A program made the translations under genes and the position numbers. DNA of 62,898 nt, filler included, from Octopus bimaculoides (lineage: Eukaryota): the NCBI RefSeq assembly GCF_001194135.2. It is 5 parts of 4 records of this genome, joined end to end, with 100 filler letters (N's around TTAATTAATTAA, not from the genome) between each part and the next. Parts side by side here need not be neighbours in the genome. Positions count along the whole stretch, not along the records: positions 44,640 to 58,379 come from NC_068988.1; positions 58,480 to 61,397 come from NW_026376591.1; 3 more parts are not named here. One strand, 5' to 3'. This document shows positions 47,139-59,689 of this stretch, piece after piece. Numbering within the stretch: the stretch's first letter is position 1; every line of letters starts with the position of its first letter. Below the pieces are notes generated by a model. The model saw only the letters and a program-made list of their open reading frames with translations, searched no databases and was not told where the DNA came from.

Positions 47139-47568
47139 AGGCGGCTACTTGGCAGAGTCGTTTGCACACCGGACAAAATTCTTTGTTGCATTTCGTCCGT
47201 CTTTACGTTCTGAGTTCAAATTCTGCCGAGGTCGACTTTGACTTATCTTTCGGGGTCGATAAAATGCGTTCTAGTTGAGCACTAGGATCGATGTAATCGA
47301 CTTTACCCCTTCCCCGAAATTGTTGGCCTTGTGCTAAAGTTTGAAACCATTATTATTAAGGCGGCGAGCTGGCAGAATCATTAGCACGTCAGGTAAAACG
47401 CTTAGCGGCATTTCGTCTATCTTTACGCTAGGGTTCGAATGCCACCGGACCGACCTTGCTTTAATTTTTTCGGAGTCGATAAAATAAGTACCAGTTGTGC
47501 ACTGATGTTGATTTAATCAACGTAGCTCCTCCCTTGAAATTGCTGGCCTTGTGCCAAAATTTGAAATC
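47139..47568 (+). mobile_element. two tandem SINE family A copies joined by (ATT)n
   Basis: Junction tttgaaaccattattattaaggcggcgagctggc at 47340-47370. Confidence 0.85.
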
Positions 47569-47765
47569 ATTATTATTGTTATTTGCTGCTGACTTCCGTC
47601 AGTCGTGCTTTATAAGTATTATGTCACACAGGAACATTTATTGAACATTTTGAACCTTACCAGGGTTTTAAAGAAATATTTCTAGATTTAGCCCTCCGGC
47701 TTTAGTTTAACGCTAAAGTAAAAAGTTTCTTCATTTTTCAGTGACACTTCTAAGAAAGATTGTAC

Positions 47766-48205
47766 TCAACAAAATAATGTAAAAAAGAAAAATATTAATA
47801 AAACAAGAATTTCTCAGAAAAAGTAAAAAGCTTTAACATTCCAACAGAAAACACAGTATAACAAACATGTTTGACAACAACAAAATTATTATACATGCAT
47901 ATATGACATCAAATTTTTATATGAATAACGAAAACATTCTTCCAAAACGTTTTTTTCTCAGACAAACGTTTCTCTGTATGGACATTTCACTCAAAACAAT
48001 GTAAAAAAGAAAAATATTAATAAACAAACATTTGGCTGAAAAAGTACAAAGTTTTAACATTCCAACAGAAGATATAACATAACAAACATGTTTGACAACA
48101 ACAATTCATGCATGCGTCACATCAAATCTATAAATGAATGACAAAAAGATATTCTCCCTAAGAGTTTTTTTGCGACAAACGTTTCTCGGTATGGACATTT
48201 CACTG
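47766..48205. repeat. diverged tandem duplication, unit about 220 bp
   Basis: aatgtaaaaaagaaaaatattaata at 47776 and 47998; both units contain aacattccaacag, aacaaacatgtttgacaacaac and gacaaacgtttctc..tatggacatttcact. Confidence 0.85.
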
Positions 48206-48581
48206 AAAGAACAACAACTCGCCAACATTTTCTCCCTACGTGAGGCGCCAGTCTACGACAATCAATCTCAGAGGTGTACGAAGAGAGTACTATAGCTTAA
48301 TTATGTGTTGCCTAGGCCAAGAATGGAAGGTTAGGACACGACTCTGGCATATATTTTACGCTAAATCTTTATTGGAAAAGGAAAGAAATATTGCACCGTA
48401 TGTGTCATTTGAAAAAATAGAGCAAAGAAATAAGAGTGTTTCAACTACTAATTTGTAGGGGAAATACCTGTTCACAGTATTTGGAACAAAGAACACCGAA
48501 GCTCACTTTTAGGGACATCGGTGTCGATGTCAACACCTGGCTAGTTGTCACTTCTGTGGTAGAATATGTAGAATATACACG

Positions 48582-48783
48582 TTTACTTGTTTCAGTCATT
48601 AGAGTGCAGCCATGCTGGGGCACCGCTTTGAAGAATTTTAGTCGAATGAATCGATTCTCAGTACATTTTTTAATGCTTGGTACTTATTTTATCGGTTCTT
48701 TTTGCCGAACCGCTATCTAACGGGGATATAATTACACCAACGCCGGTTGTCAAGCGGTGGAGTGGGAACAAAGACACACACAA

Positions 48784-48821
<38 letters not shown>

Positions 48822-48831
48822 NNNNNNNNNN

Positions 48832-48865
<34 letters not shown>

Positions 48866-48948
48866 ACGAACTTCTTTCAGTTTCCGTCTACCAAATTCAC
48901 TCACGAGGCTTTGGTTCGGCTTGCGGTTATAGTAGAAGACTTGTCCTA
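48582..48948 (-). mobile_element. SINE family B, 5'-truncated
   Basis: Tail, (CA)n and partial head. Confidence 0.8.
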
Positions 48949-49454
48949 GATGACTTTTCCACGACTGTGCCTACGAATTCTAGGCTCCTTTATTCTTTAT
49001 TTTCTTTAATTTCAATTTCAAGTTTCTAATCGTGCTTTGCATTATAGCGAAATGGTTATCTTCCTTTGTAATAGCTGTGGCCGTTGCAGGGACTACATTC
49101 ACAAAAGTATTCGTTGCAAATAAAAGTATTGTAAGTTAATGAGATTATTCTAAGTTAACATCTATAAAGCAAAATACAATGTAAATTTGCTGTAACAATG
49201 TATACAGCTCCTAGTACTGCTATTTTCTGGGACGTACTTATCTATAAGGACAAATAGGCATATGTCAAAGTCCTTACAGAAATAATGGTGCGTTACTCCA
49301 GTTGCATTTGTTATAAATAAATGATAGGCGCATACTTTAGTGCCCTCATATTTTTAGTTTCACAGTTAGGCTGACATAGGTCCTTACATTTTCTGTTATG
49401 CCAATGTTATTGCAATTCGCTATTGCTATAGCAATAATAAATAAATACGTCATT

Positions 49455-49859
49455 AAGGTAGCGAGCTGGCAGAAACGTTAGCAATTTGAGCAAATTGCTT
49501 AGCGTGATTTCGTCAGTCTATATGTCCTGAGTTCAAATCCCACCGAGGTCGACTTTTCCTTTTATCCTTACGGGGTCGATAAATTAGTTGCGTACTGGGG
49601 TAGATCTAATCGACTGGCCCGCAATCACCCAAAATTTCGGGCCTTGTGTCTAGAGTAGAAAAGAATCGTTAGTATGCAGGAGAAAATTCTTAGCGGCATT
49701 TCATCCGTTTCTACGTTCTGAGTTTAAATTCCATCGAGGTCGCCTTTGCCTTTCATCCTTTCGGGGTCGGTAAATAAGTACTAGTTGATCACTGGGGTCG
49801 ATCTAAGAGACTTAGCCTCTTCTCCGAAATTACTGGCTTTATTCCAGAACTCGAAACCA
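49455..49859 (+). mobile_element. two tandem SINE family A copies (second 5'-truncated)
   Basis: First ends tagagtagaaaag and runs directly into aatcgttag of the second. Confidence 0.85.
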
Positions 49860-50373
49860 GTATTTAAATACTCTCTTACTACTATTTTTGTAATGGAAAA
49901 TGTCAAGATTTTGATACCAGTGATCTTTCTATGTGCAAAATTTTCATGGTATTTTTTATATTATCATTTTCTAAGTCAGATGAAGGCTTATACATTTTTC
50001 TTTTTTTTTCTCGTTCTTTTCTTCCGCTTTTGAGCATACTGAAAGTGGACAGCTAGCTATTTGTAGAGTAGCTTTACCACATTATTGTCTGTTTAAGCAT
50101 ATTTTGCCGGAGCTAGGATAGGACATCCTTACATCCTGATATTTTCATTTATATTATGTGAATTGCAGACATTCTTTTCCCATTTTTTCTGATTGCACTG
50201 ACTTGTTCCTGCATCACGAATGTTGTTGCTTTTATTGCTCATTTTAGACCCAGATGGAAGCTATAAAATTTTCCTCAAGAACTCAGCTCTCAGTGATCTG
50301 CTTTATATAGCAGAAACATCAGTAAATTAATGAAGCTGAGACATATTTCCTGTTCCCTTCTTATTCAATATTC

Positions 50374-50415
<42 letters not shown>

Positions 50416-51289
50416 GCTGTTTCTTATATAAAAAAAAAAGCAGCGCACTCAGGCTTCAATACTTGTGCAACATCTCATTGGTTCTCGAAATAAACATACG
50501 CTTCGTCTTGATAGCTATAAAATTGAAACTGTAGGGTATTACACAACCACTCAGCTCTCTCTATGTAGATCCGATAGATCTAATGGGATTTGCTACCTTT
50601 TTAAAGGTATATTAAGAAAGGGGACGTAGTACGCCTTCTTTTGAATTAGAACGTAGGTGAGGAACATTGATGAATGCGTTCTCATAGAGTTCCTTAATGC
50701 TCGATAGCCGTCTGTCACCTTTACAACCGTTGGATATCAGGCTTGTGTTGTATTTTTTTGTCGTTGTTGCTTTTACCGGTTTGCGATATGGTAAGTTGTT
50801 GCACTATTGAAGAAGGACACAGAAAGGCGTGTATAGTCTATATTTTTTTGCACCATTATTTTGTTGAATGCAGAGTTTTAAATTTTGACCAAGGTTTTAT
50901 CAAGAAGGATGGCATTTGTCGCTGTTAGTGTATTAGAGAAAGAACAGACTCGCCCGACCCGACGCAGATCTTTTTATGACGACCCCTATCACATGCAATT
51001 CCTTTCAGAAAGGGTGAATAGCAGAACTAGCTTTGGTAGTTTGCAATAAGTTTCGATCAATCGAATGCTTTTGATATTTAACGACTGTCTTTAGTGCAAT
51101 CAAGAGCGGTCCCTTTTTCAGAGGCAGTATCACTTCCACTCAACATACAGCAACATCTGTTTGGTAGTCATAGTAAATGGTTGCTTTTAGGGACAGTTTC
51201 AGGCTACAAGCTCAATCCATCAAGTGTGGTCACTATCGTCTCTTATGTACCGACTTTCGAGGTATTACTGCGAAAAATAGAACTGTTGA

Positions 51290-51580
51290 GTGGTTTCCCG
51301 TTCGAAAGTTATCCACATACGCTGTGTAAGCACATGCAGATGGTGTGGCCTTAGTAGTGTAACACACCACGGACGTCGAGGTGGTCGGTACAGTACTGAA
51401 TGAGGCTGTGGAAAGAGGCAAATGTTGACTTAGATGAATCAGAGTAGACCTTGCAACACGGCAGCAAGAGAGGCAACTTTATACCAATTGGAGATCATCG
51501 TGGGACACTGGACAGATCGTCAGGTCAAGTTACTTGGTGTTTGAAACGGTTTGGGCCTTCAGGTGGATAGAAGCAAGATC
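51290..51580 (+). mobile_element. degenerate Tx1-like RT fragment
   Basis: Homologous to the reverse of 36170-36440: GFPFE..ADGVALVV..DVEVVGTVL..IGDIVGHWTDRQVKLLGV. Confidence 0.55.
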
Positions 51581-51696
51581 TGATGTTGCAAATAGTGTGC
51601 TATTTCCACTCAATAATCAGATGAAACGAGGTAATAACTGAAATATGTAATGGATTGAAGAACACATACATCGCTATCATTATGTATTATCACATA

Positions 51697-51975
51697 AAGC
51701 CGGCAGAATCGTTTTCATGCTGGGCAAAATGCTTAGCGTAGCGACATTTCATCTGTTTTTACGTTCTGAGTTCAAATACTGCTGTGGTTGAATTTGCATT
51801 TCGTCGTTTCGGAGTCGGTAAAATAATACCAGTTGAATGTAATCGACTTGCTCCCTCCGCCGAAATTGCTGACCTTGTGTGAAAATTTGAAACCATTACG
51901 TCTGGTTCCAGTATTAAGTACTACTGAAACACTGGGGTCGATGTTATCGATTTGTCCCCTCCCACCAAATTTCAG

Positions 51976-52057
<82 letters not shown>

Positions 52058-52245
52058 GGCGGCGAGCTGGGCAAAATGCTTAACGGCATTTCGTCCGTCT
52101 TCACGTTCTGAGTTCAAATTTCACCGCGGTCGACTTTGCCTTTCATCCTTTCAGGCTCGATAAATTAAGTACCAGTGAAACACTGGGGTGGATGTAATCG
52201 ACTAGTACCCACCGCACAAATTTAAGACCTTGTACCTCCAGTAGA

Positions 52246-52248
<3 letters not shown>
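51697..52248 (+). mobile_element. SINE family A cluster (two copies plus a tail fragment) interleaved with (AAT)n/(TAT)n
   Basis: Copies at about 51697-51895, 51905-51975 (partial) and 52056-52248; (TAT)n on both sides of the last. Confidence 0.8.
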
Positions 52249-52323
<75 letters not shown>

Positions 52324-52903
52324 GTAAATCAATTTGGATTTTATAGAAATATATGATTCACCTGTTTACACCCATCATGTCCTAGACTTTTATGTTCCAT
52401 AATGATTTATAGTTTTTATGAAAACAACAATGAAAAGAAAGAAAGAAACGAAAGCAGAAAAGGAAGAAAGAATGATGTAATTTCTTCTGCTGTGCCCGGT
52501 GCAGATTACCACAAAACATTAATGATCAATGAGACTGTGATGAACTGCAAATGTTGAGTAACAGAAAGAATACAATGGTAACTATATCACAACTGGTACC
52601 GGCACAATCGATACATTTGGTACAATAACAATCAATGACAAAGCACCCACACGCACGCATACAAACGCACACGCACTGACACGCGTAAACGCATTCATTC
52701 ACACATACGACGGAGTGCTAAAAAGTTCCTGGCTTTGGGTAAAAGAATATACAGGAACCGACAATTTTTACTGTTAGACAAAGACATAAAAGGCATACAA
52801 ATAAAACTCTGTTCTGAAGCAGTGATTAATGACCAATTCGTAAGATGAGACGATTACATCTCTCTCATGTAAAGTTTGATATGATGTAATATATAATACG
52901 ATT

Positions 52904-53119
52904 AAGGCAGCGAGCTGGCATAAACGTTAGCACGCCGGGCGAAATGCTTAGCGGTATTTCGTCTGTCTTTACGTTCTGAGTTCAAGTTCCGTTGAGGTTG
53001 ACTTTGCCTTTCATCCTTTCGGGGTCTATAAATTAAGTACCAGTTGCGTAATAGGGTCGATCTAATTGAATGGCCCCTTCCTCCAAAATTTTCGGGCCTT
53101 GTGCCTTGAGTAGAAAAGA
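52904..53119 (+). mobile_element. SINE family A, near consensus
   Basis: aaggcagcgagctggca..gcttagcggtatttcgtctg..gcctttcatcctttcgggg..ggccttgtgccttgagtagaaaag. Confidence 0.9.
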
Positions 53120-53280
53120 ATATATAATACCATACTCTGTGTGTGTGTATATATATAAATATATATTCATTCAGATACATATGCATATAAAACATATATT
53201 CATATCTATCTATATATATTTTGGACCGCTGAACTCGACAAGTTTTTTTTCATTCTCGCTTCGTTTAGTTTTTCTTATTC

Positions 53281-53316
53281 CTTTCTGTTGAAGAGCGTAG
53301 GCTCGAAAAGTAAAAC
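53281..53316 (+). ncRNA. degenerate hammerhead-like motif (Penelope-type end)
   Basis: CTTT-CTGTTGA-A-GAGC-GTAG-GCTC-GAAAAGTA-AAA: helix II perfect, core and helix III mutated. Confidence 0.35.
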
Positions 53317-53403
53317 ACTTCTTCATTTTTCCAGAGAGTTCAACTAATACGCTTGCTTGTTATTCATACACCTGTCTTGGTCTTTTGTTTTTCTATAGAT
53401 TTC

Positions 53404-53445
<42 letters not shown>

Positions 53446-54036
53446 NNNNNNNNNNNNNNNNNNNNNNNNNNNNNNNNNNNNNNNNNNNNNNNNNNNNNNN
53501 NNNNNNNNNNNNNNNNNNNNNNNNNNNNNNNNNNNNNNNNNNNNNNNNNNNNNNNNNNNNNNNNNNNNNNNNNNNNNNNNNNNNNNNNNNNNNNNNNNNN
53601 NNNNNNNNNNNNNNNNNNNNNNNNNNNNNNNNNNNNNNNNNNNNNNNNNNNNNNNNNNNNNNNNNNNNNNNNNNNNNNNNNNNNNNNNNNNNNNNNNNNN
53701 NNNNNNNNNNNNNNNNNNNNNNNNNNNNNNNNNNNNNNNNNNNNNNNNNNNNNNNNNNNNNNNNNNNNNNNNNNNNNNNNNNNNNNNNNNNNNNNNNNNN
53801 NNNNNNNNNNNNNNNNNNNNNNNNNNNNNNNNNNNNNNNNNNNNNNNNNNNNNNNNNNNNNNNNNNNNNNNNNNNNNNNNNNNNNNNNNNNNNNNNNNNN
53901 NNNNNNNNNNNNNNNNNNNNNNNNNNNNNNNNNNNNNNNNNNNNNNNNNNNNNNNNNNNNNNNNNNNNNNNNNNNNNNNNNNNNNNNNNNNNNNNNNNNN
54001 NNNNNNNNNNNNNNNNNNNNNNNNNNNNNNNNNNNN

Positions 54037-54081
<45 letters not shown>

Positions 54082-54205
54082 ATGCTTAATTCAATGAGTA
54101 GTAGTGCTTGAAATAGCGTTTGTGATGGTGGTGGTAGTGATGGTGAGGATGTTGATGGTGGTTTTAGTGATGAGGATGATGATGGTGGAGGTAATGGTGG
54201 TAGTG

Positions 54206-54317
54206 GTGGGCGGGCTTGATAGTAGGAGGAAGATACTTAATAACAGGACTTTTCTCCAGGATACGTCACATCCAAGTTTGTGTTTGGTGTTCTGAGTAGG
54301 AGTGAGACGGTGTGAAG
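54206..54317 (+). repeat. unclassified 112-bp dispersed repeat, copy 1
   Basis: About 11 substitutions and no indels versus 58115-58226 by eye. Confidence 0.85.
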
Positions 54318-56394
54318 CAAGCTTCTTACAGCCGCATACGGCCACTCGAGGGCAAAGTACTATAAAAGGAAGTCTACGAAAGTAATTAACAAAATTAACA
54401 AAATCGGAGTTGGAAAACCGATTTTGATTATTACTCACACATTTATACCCTTTCGTGGGTTTACTTTATGGCGATGTGATAATTGCACTTTGCGGGAAAC
54501 TAAAATTACTACACGGTTCCAATTGAAGCTACTTATGTAACTCTTCCGGGACGTTACAACCTTCCGTTTCCTTACCTGCAAGTCAATTGCATGCACTTCA
54601 CGACCCCACTGTTATTGCTGGTCGGTGACATTTCTAACTCGTGCCAGCATCGATTATGACAAATAAGTTAAATATGTTTAGAAAGTTTGTTTAGTCTTTG
54701 GAGAAACAGGTTAATCAATGGAAGAGACTTTGGGTGGTAGAATAGGAGGACAATAAGTGAGGAATGTAAATGATTAATACTCTATTGAACAAACAAGTGT
54801 ACATTAATTGTTTTGAAAAGGAAATCCGTCTTAACGTATAGAACATATGTTCCTCACATTAGCTTTAGATACATGTGTGTGTGCGTGTATGTGTGTGTGT
54901 GTGTGTGTGTGTTTGTGTGCGTGTGTGTGTGGGAATGCATGTAGATATACATTAGGCATACACATATACGTATTTACATGAAATTGTGCTGACACTTATA
55001 TGTGTTCGTACCAGAACGTAATGAAAACACGCTCACATACGCACACATTAATATATTTTCAAAACAAACGATTTTCTGTTTTTTAAAAAAATATTTCTTT
55101 AAAATATTACTTAAAATATTACTTTTAAAATATTAGTATAGCAAACTTACAAAGCTCGTCAAGCGGACTGTTCTAAGAGTGAAATCGCATGTTTGACATT
55201 TAAAACGTATTCCCACTTGAGCCAAAAATGAAATAAAAAAGCTTGAAATAATCGTTCCTGCACATGTCGCACGCACGATTTTTTTTAAACAGTGAAGGTA
55301 AGTGTTTTCTTCATAAGTTTCTTATAATCTATTCAAATATATTCAGACAACAGATATTTCAAGGGAAAGACAGGCTCACATATCCACCTAAATGATCGGA
55401 AACGTAAAACTCAGAGTACTGGAATTACGAGCGTTTCAGTTATAATGTATGATAGAATACGCAACATTTGCATATTGAGTTCTGTAACTTATCGCTTTTG
55501 AGTAAATCAACAGAAATTTATACACACACACGCATTGCTGTAGAGATATGCAAAGTTGATCATCTGACGATACCTTCTTGCGATATCTGGGCCGATTGAT
55601 CGGCTGAAGTAATACTTTGAGGCCGAGTAAAACAAACGTTTTGTAGTGTAATAGTCAACCAGGGATCGTCTTTCAGTAGATATACTATAAAACTATATGA
55701 CATATATAGTTTTACATACCAATAAAATAGTATTAGACACTTTAGAATATCGTTTGTTTTTTACATGCTCCCATCATTTTCAATCGCAGCAGAAACAAAA
55801 AAAAACTTTGCTCTTTTTGCCTACACATACCAAAACACAGTGTTTCAAAAGGGTTAAGTATTCCTTAATTCTTTTGCTAGTTTTTCTCCTTGGACTGCAG
55901 ACACGGTGCGGCATCACCTTGAAGGGTTTAGTCGATGAAAATACCTATTTATAAATCTGGAACTTACACAATCACAAATACACATACATTCACATATAGT
56001 ACGTGCTTCTGGAGTTTCCACAGAATAATGTCCCAAATTCATTCGGGGCTACAGTGAACGGCACAGTGCTATACAGAAGGCACAGTGCTATGTAGAAGGC
56101 ACAATGTTATAGAGAAAGCACTCAAGGGACCGAGTAGGGGTTGAAACAGATACCGAGTGGTTACGAAGAAAATTTCTAAACCATATAGCCATTTTAAAAC
56201 ATTTTAAATCAGGAAATGCTCAAGATTTCAATTATGTTACATGTAAAAATGCTTTTCGAATACGCTCCCCTCTGACAGGTGGGAATACTGTAGGCAAGAC
56301 TGAATTCAGTGCCAACTGTAAGAGAGTATATATCCTATAGTCATGAATTACACTTGGCTGACTTCACCTTATACACACATATATGTACATAGGA

Positions 56395-56488
56395 GAAACC
56401 AGTTTGCTCAAGGTGCTGCGCAGTGGGACTGAAACTGAAACCATGTGGTTGCAAAGCAAGCTTCTTAACCATACAGTCATGCCTGCAC
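56395..56488 (-). mobile_element. SINE family B head fragment
   Basis: gctcaaggtgctgcgcagtgggactgaa..accatgtggttgcaaagcaagcttcttaaccatacagtcatgcctgca. Confidence 0.75.
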
Positions 56489-56495
56489 CTAGACA

Positions 56496-56816
56496 TTGGT
56501 ACTCCGTCGGTTATGACGACGAGTGTTCCAGTTGATCCGATTAAAGGAACAGCCTGCTTAGGGAAATAACGTGCAAGTGGCTGAACACTGCACAGACGTG
56601 CGTATCCTTAACGTAGTTCTCAGGGAGATTCAGCATGACACAGAATGTGACAATGCTGGCCCATTTTGAAATACAGGTACAGCTATTTTTTGCAGCTGAG
56701 TGGACTGGAGCAACGTGAATTAAAAGGTCATGCTCAAGGACACGACGCGTTACCGGGTATCGAACTCACGACCTTGTGATTGAGAACCAAATATCCTAAC
56801 CACGAAGCCACGCACC
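56496..56816 (-). mobile_element. tRNA-derived SINE sharing its 3' half with family C but with a different head and central box
   Basis: Minus-strand B box GAGTTCGATACC, central box resembling GTGTCCTTGAGCA..CACGTTGCTCCAGTCCACTCAGC, tail gcaggctgttcc..atcggatcaactggaac. Confidence 0.75.
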
Positions 56817-57142
56817 TTGTCTGAACCTAAACATGCCATAGATAGATGATGTAAAAATCTGGATTGCCAAGATGCTGCCCTTTCAAACTCGAGGATAATG
56901 CTTCATTGCATTTTCCCCCCTCATTATTCAAGCTGAATAAATAACTCCACAGAAATATAAAAACAGAGTATGAAAACACGAACATATAAACGGCTTGGCA
57001 GCATAATCACTTACTCTTTTGATTGTGACTAAAGCATGTATCCGGAGACATTGTAAACGCCGTTTCTTTCATTATTGTAAGCACCTGCTCAGATTAGCAC
57101 AAATGTTGACTGGAAATCATTCAGTTGTATCTTCAGTATATG

Positions 57143-57306
57143 ACCGGAAGTGCCTACTTGACGGCCATGGTTAATGAATTCATCGCAACGAGCGGAAGAA
57201 TATGAACGATTGTGTGATATGAAAATAGCGCCGTGACGCTAAATGATAAATATTAATGGAATATTAGAGACATAAAAGAGAAGTACAGATAGATAGGCTG
57301 GTAAGT
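57143..57306 (+). promoter_or_regulatory. candidate promoter and first non-coding exon of a second gene
   Basis: Perfect ETS site ACCGGAAGTG (57143-52), GCGGAAG (57192), local CpG retention, consensus donor CTG|GTAAGT at 57301. Confidence 0.45.
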
Positions 57307-57357
57307 TATATTGTACGATTTACAGAAATATTTACATATATACACAAACACATACAC

Positions 57358-57445
<88 letters not shown>

Positions 57446-57784
57446 NNNNNNNNNNNNNNNNNNNNNNNNNNNNNNNNNNNNNNNNNNNNNNNNNNNNNNN
57501 NNNNNNNNNNNNNNNNNNNNNNNNNNNNNNNNNNNNNNNNNNNNNNNNNNNNNNNNNNNNNNNNNNNNNNNNNNNNNNNNNNNNNNNNNNNNNNNNNNNN
57601 NNNNNNNNNNNNNNNNNNNNNNNNNNNNNNNNNNNNNNNNNNNNNNNNNNNNNNNNNNNNNNNNNNNNNNNNNNNNNNNNNNNNNNNNNNNNNNNNNNNN
57701 NNNNNNNNNNNNNNNNNNNNNNNNNNNNNNNNNNNNNNNNNNNNNNNNNNNNNNNNNNNNNNNNNNNNNNNNNNNNNNNNNNNN

Positions 57785-57850
<66 letters not shown>

Positions 57851-58114
57851 TTTTAACGTTGTATAATCGAAAGATAAGGCATCAGTAGAAATGGTTGTGA
57901 TGGTGATGGTGGTGGTGGTTTCAGTGATGATGATGATGATGATAGTGGCGGCGGCGGTAGTATTATTACTGATGAAGGGGCGTTGATGAGAATCGTGATG
58001 GTGGTGGATAATGGTGATAAAACTAGCGAAGGTGATGGTGACGTTGATGGCGATGATTGCACCGGCGGTGCTGCATGCACTGAGCCAACGATGATGAATT
58101 TAAAGAGATAACAG

Positions 58115-58226
58115 GTGGGCAGGCTTGATAGTAGGAGGAAGATACTTAAAAACAGGATTTGCCTCCAGGATATGTCACATCTAAGTTTGTGTTTGGTGTG
58201 CAGAGTGGGAGTGAGACAGTGTGAAG
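58115..58226 (+). repeat. unclassified 112-bp dispersed repeat, copy 2
   Basis: See 54206-54317; both copies follow (GGT/GAT)-rich low-complexity sequence. Confidence 0.85.
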
Positions 58227-58328
58227 ACGTGGTGGGGAGAAAAGAGAAGGAGAGGCCTATAGACAGGAGAGTCGTGGAATCTATAACATTTTTTGAATAC
58301 AAAACGGAGAAAAACATGCACCTGAACC

Positions 58329-58379
<51 letters not shown>

Positions 58380-58423
58380 NNNNNNNNNNNNNNNNNNNNN
58401 NNNNNNNNNNNNNNNNNNNNNNN

Positions 58424-58435
58424 TTAATTAATTAA
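58424..58435. other. scaffolding linker TTAATTAATTAA (assembly artefact)
   Basis: Same 12-mer within an N gap. Confidence 0.9.
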
Positions 58436-58479
58436 NNNNNNNNNNNNNNNNNNNNNNNNNNNNNNNNNNNNNNNNNNNN

Positions 58480-58680
58480 TTTGCTTCCCAACCACATGGT
58501 TCCAGGTTCAGTCCCACTGCGTAGCACCTCAGGCAAGTGCCTTTATGCTGCCTTGGAATGACTAAAGCCTAGAGAATGGATTTGGTTGATGGAAGCTGAA
58601 AGAAGCTCATCATGTGTGTGCATGTGTGTGTCTTTGTATCTGTGTGTGTGTCCCACCACTACTTGACAACCAGTATTGAT
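58480..58680 (+). mobile_element. SINE family B head and microsatellite
   Basis: ttgcttcccaaccacatggttccaggttcagtcccactgcgtagcacctcaggcaagtg. Confidence 0.8.
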
Positions 58681-59318
58681 GTCAAGTAGTGGTGGTAAGA
58701 AGTTTGCTTCCAAATCTTGTGGTTTTGGGTTCGGTCCCACCAATGACCAAATTATTTTGTTAAATTCTTCATTATTATTAAGATTAATATGATATGATAA
58801 TTATTAAACTACGATTTTAAGATGGAGTATATACCATCAGCATTGGTGTGCTTATGTTCCTGTAACTTGGTGGTTTGGAATAAAATAATAGGCCAATAGA
58901 ATAAGTCCCAGCCTTTCCAAAAAAGCATAAGCAATTAGTAAGTACTGGGGTTAATTCATTCAATTAAAATTCAAGGCACTACCCCAACTAAAACAATTAA
59001 AAGATAAAAGAAACATTATGTGTGTGTGTGTGTGCACATGTACACATGTATGCATGCACATATGGATGCATTTGAAGATGTATGTATGTATACATGTGTA
59101 TATGTATATATGAATAAATTCTGACCAGCCACCTGTTTGGCTGCAAGGTTGTGAAAGAAAGCATCTTGTTTTAAACAAGATCCTTCAGATCTAAAGAAGG
59201 TCTTGCAGATTTTTATAGTCCCAGATTTCGTGATCTTTTGTAGCGTATGAATTAAGGATTTGCTTTCTCTCCCCAAGACCCCCAAGTTCAGCCATACCTT
59301 GCTCTAGACAGATTGGTA

Positions 59319-59688
59319 TACACGGTTATTCAGAAGAATGAACTGATTTCATTATGCAATATTTTAATAAAGAAAAGCAATAGAAAACTCCAGCGAAGTC
59401 ACAAGTATTTACTCCCAATCAACTTTTATTTACAAGTGTTCGATGTGGCCACCACCTGCAACACGGGTAACATCAATGCGATAAAAGAATTCCTCCCAGA
59501 CGTGTATCAGCATACTACGATCCACTGAGTTGATCATTGTTGCTATTCGATGTTTAAGGCTGTCGAGGTTAGTGGGTAGCGGTAGAACATAAACGTGATC
59601 TTTTACATATCCCCACAAGAAAAAAATCACACGCTGTGAACTCTGGGGATCTCGCAGGCCAAGCGGATACTGATTTTGCTGGCGCATA
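59319..59688 (-). mobile_element. Tc1/mariner-superfamily transposase C-terminus with TIR
   Basis: FFLWGYVKDHVYVLPLPTNLDSLKHRI..IDVTRVAGGGHIEHL; TA plus TACACGGTTATTCAGAAG TIR at 59317-59336. Confidence 0.8.
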
Positions 59689-59689
59689 T

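Noticed and set aside
56060-56116. Three copies of a 19-bp unit (ggcacagtgctatacagaa)
   Set aside because: Small local slippage repeat with no further structure.
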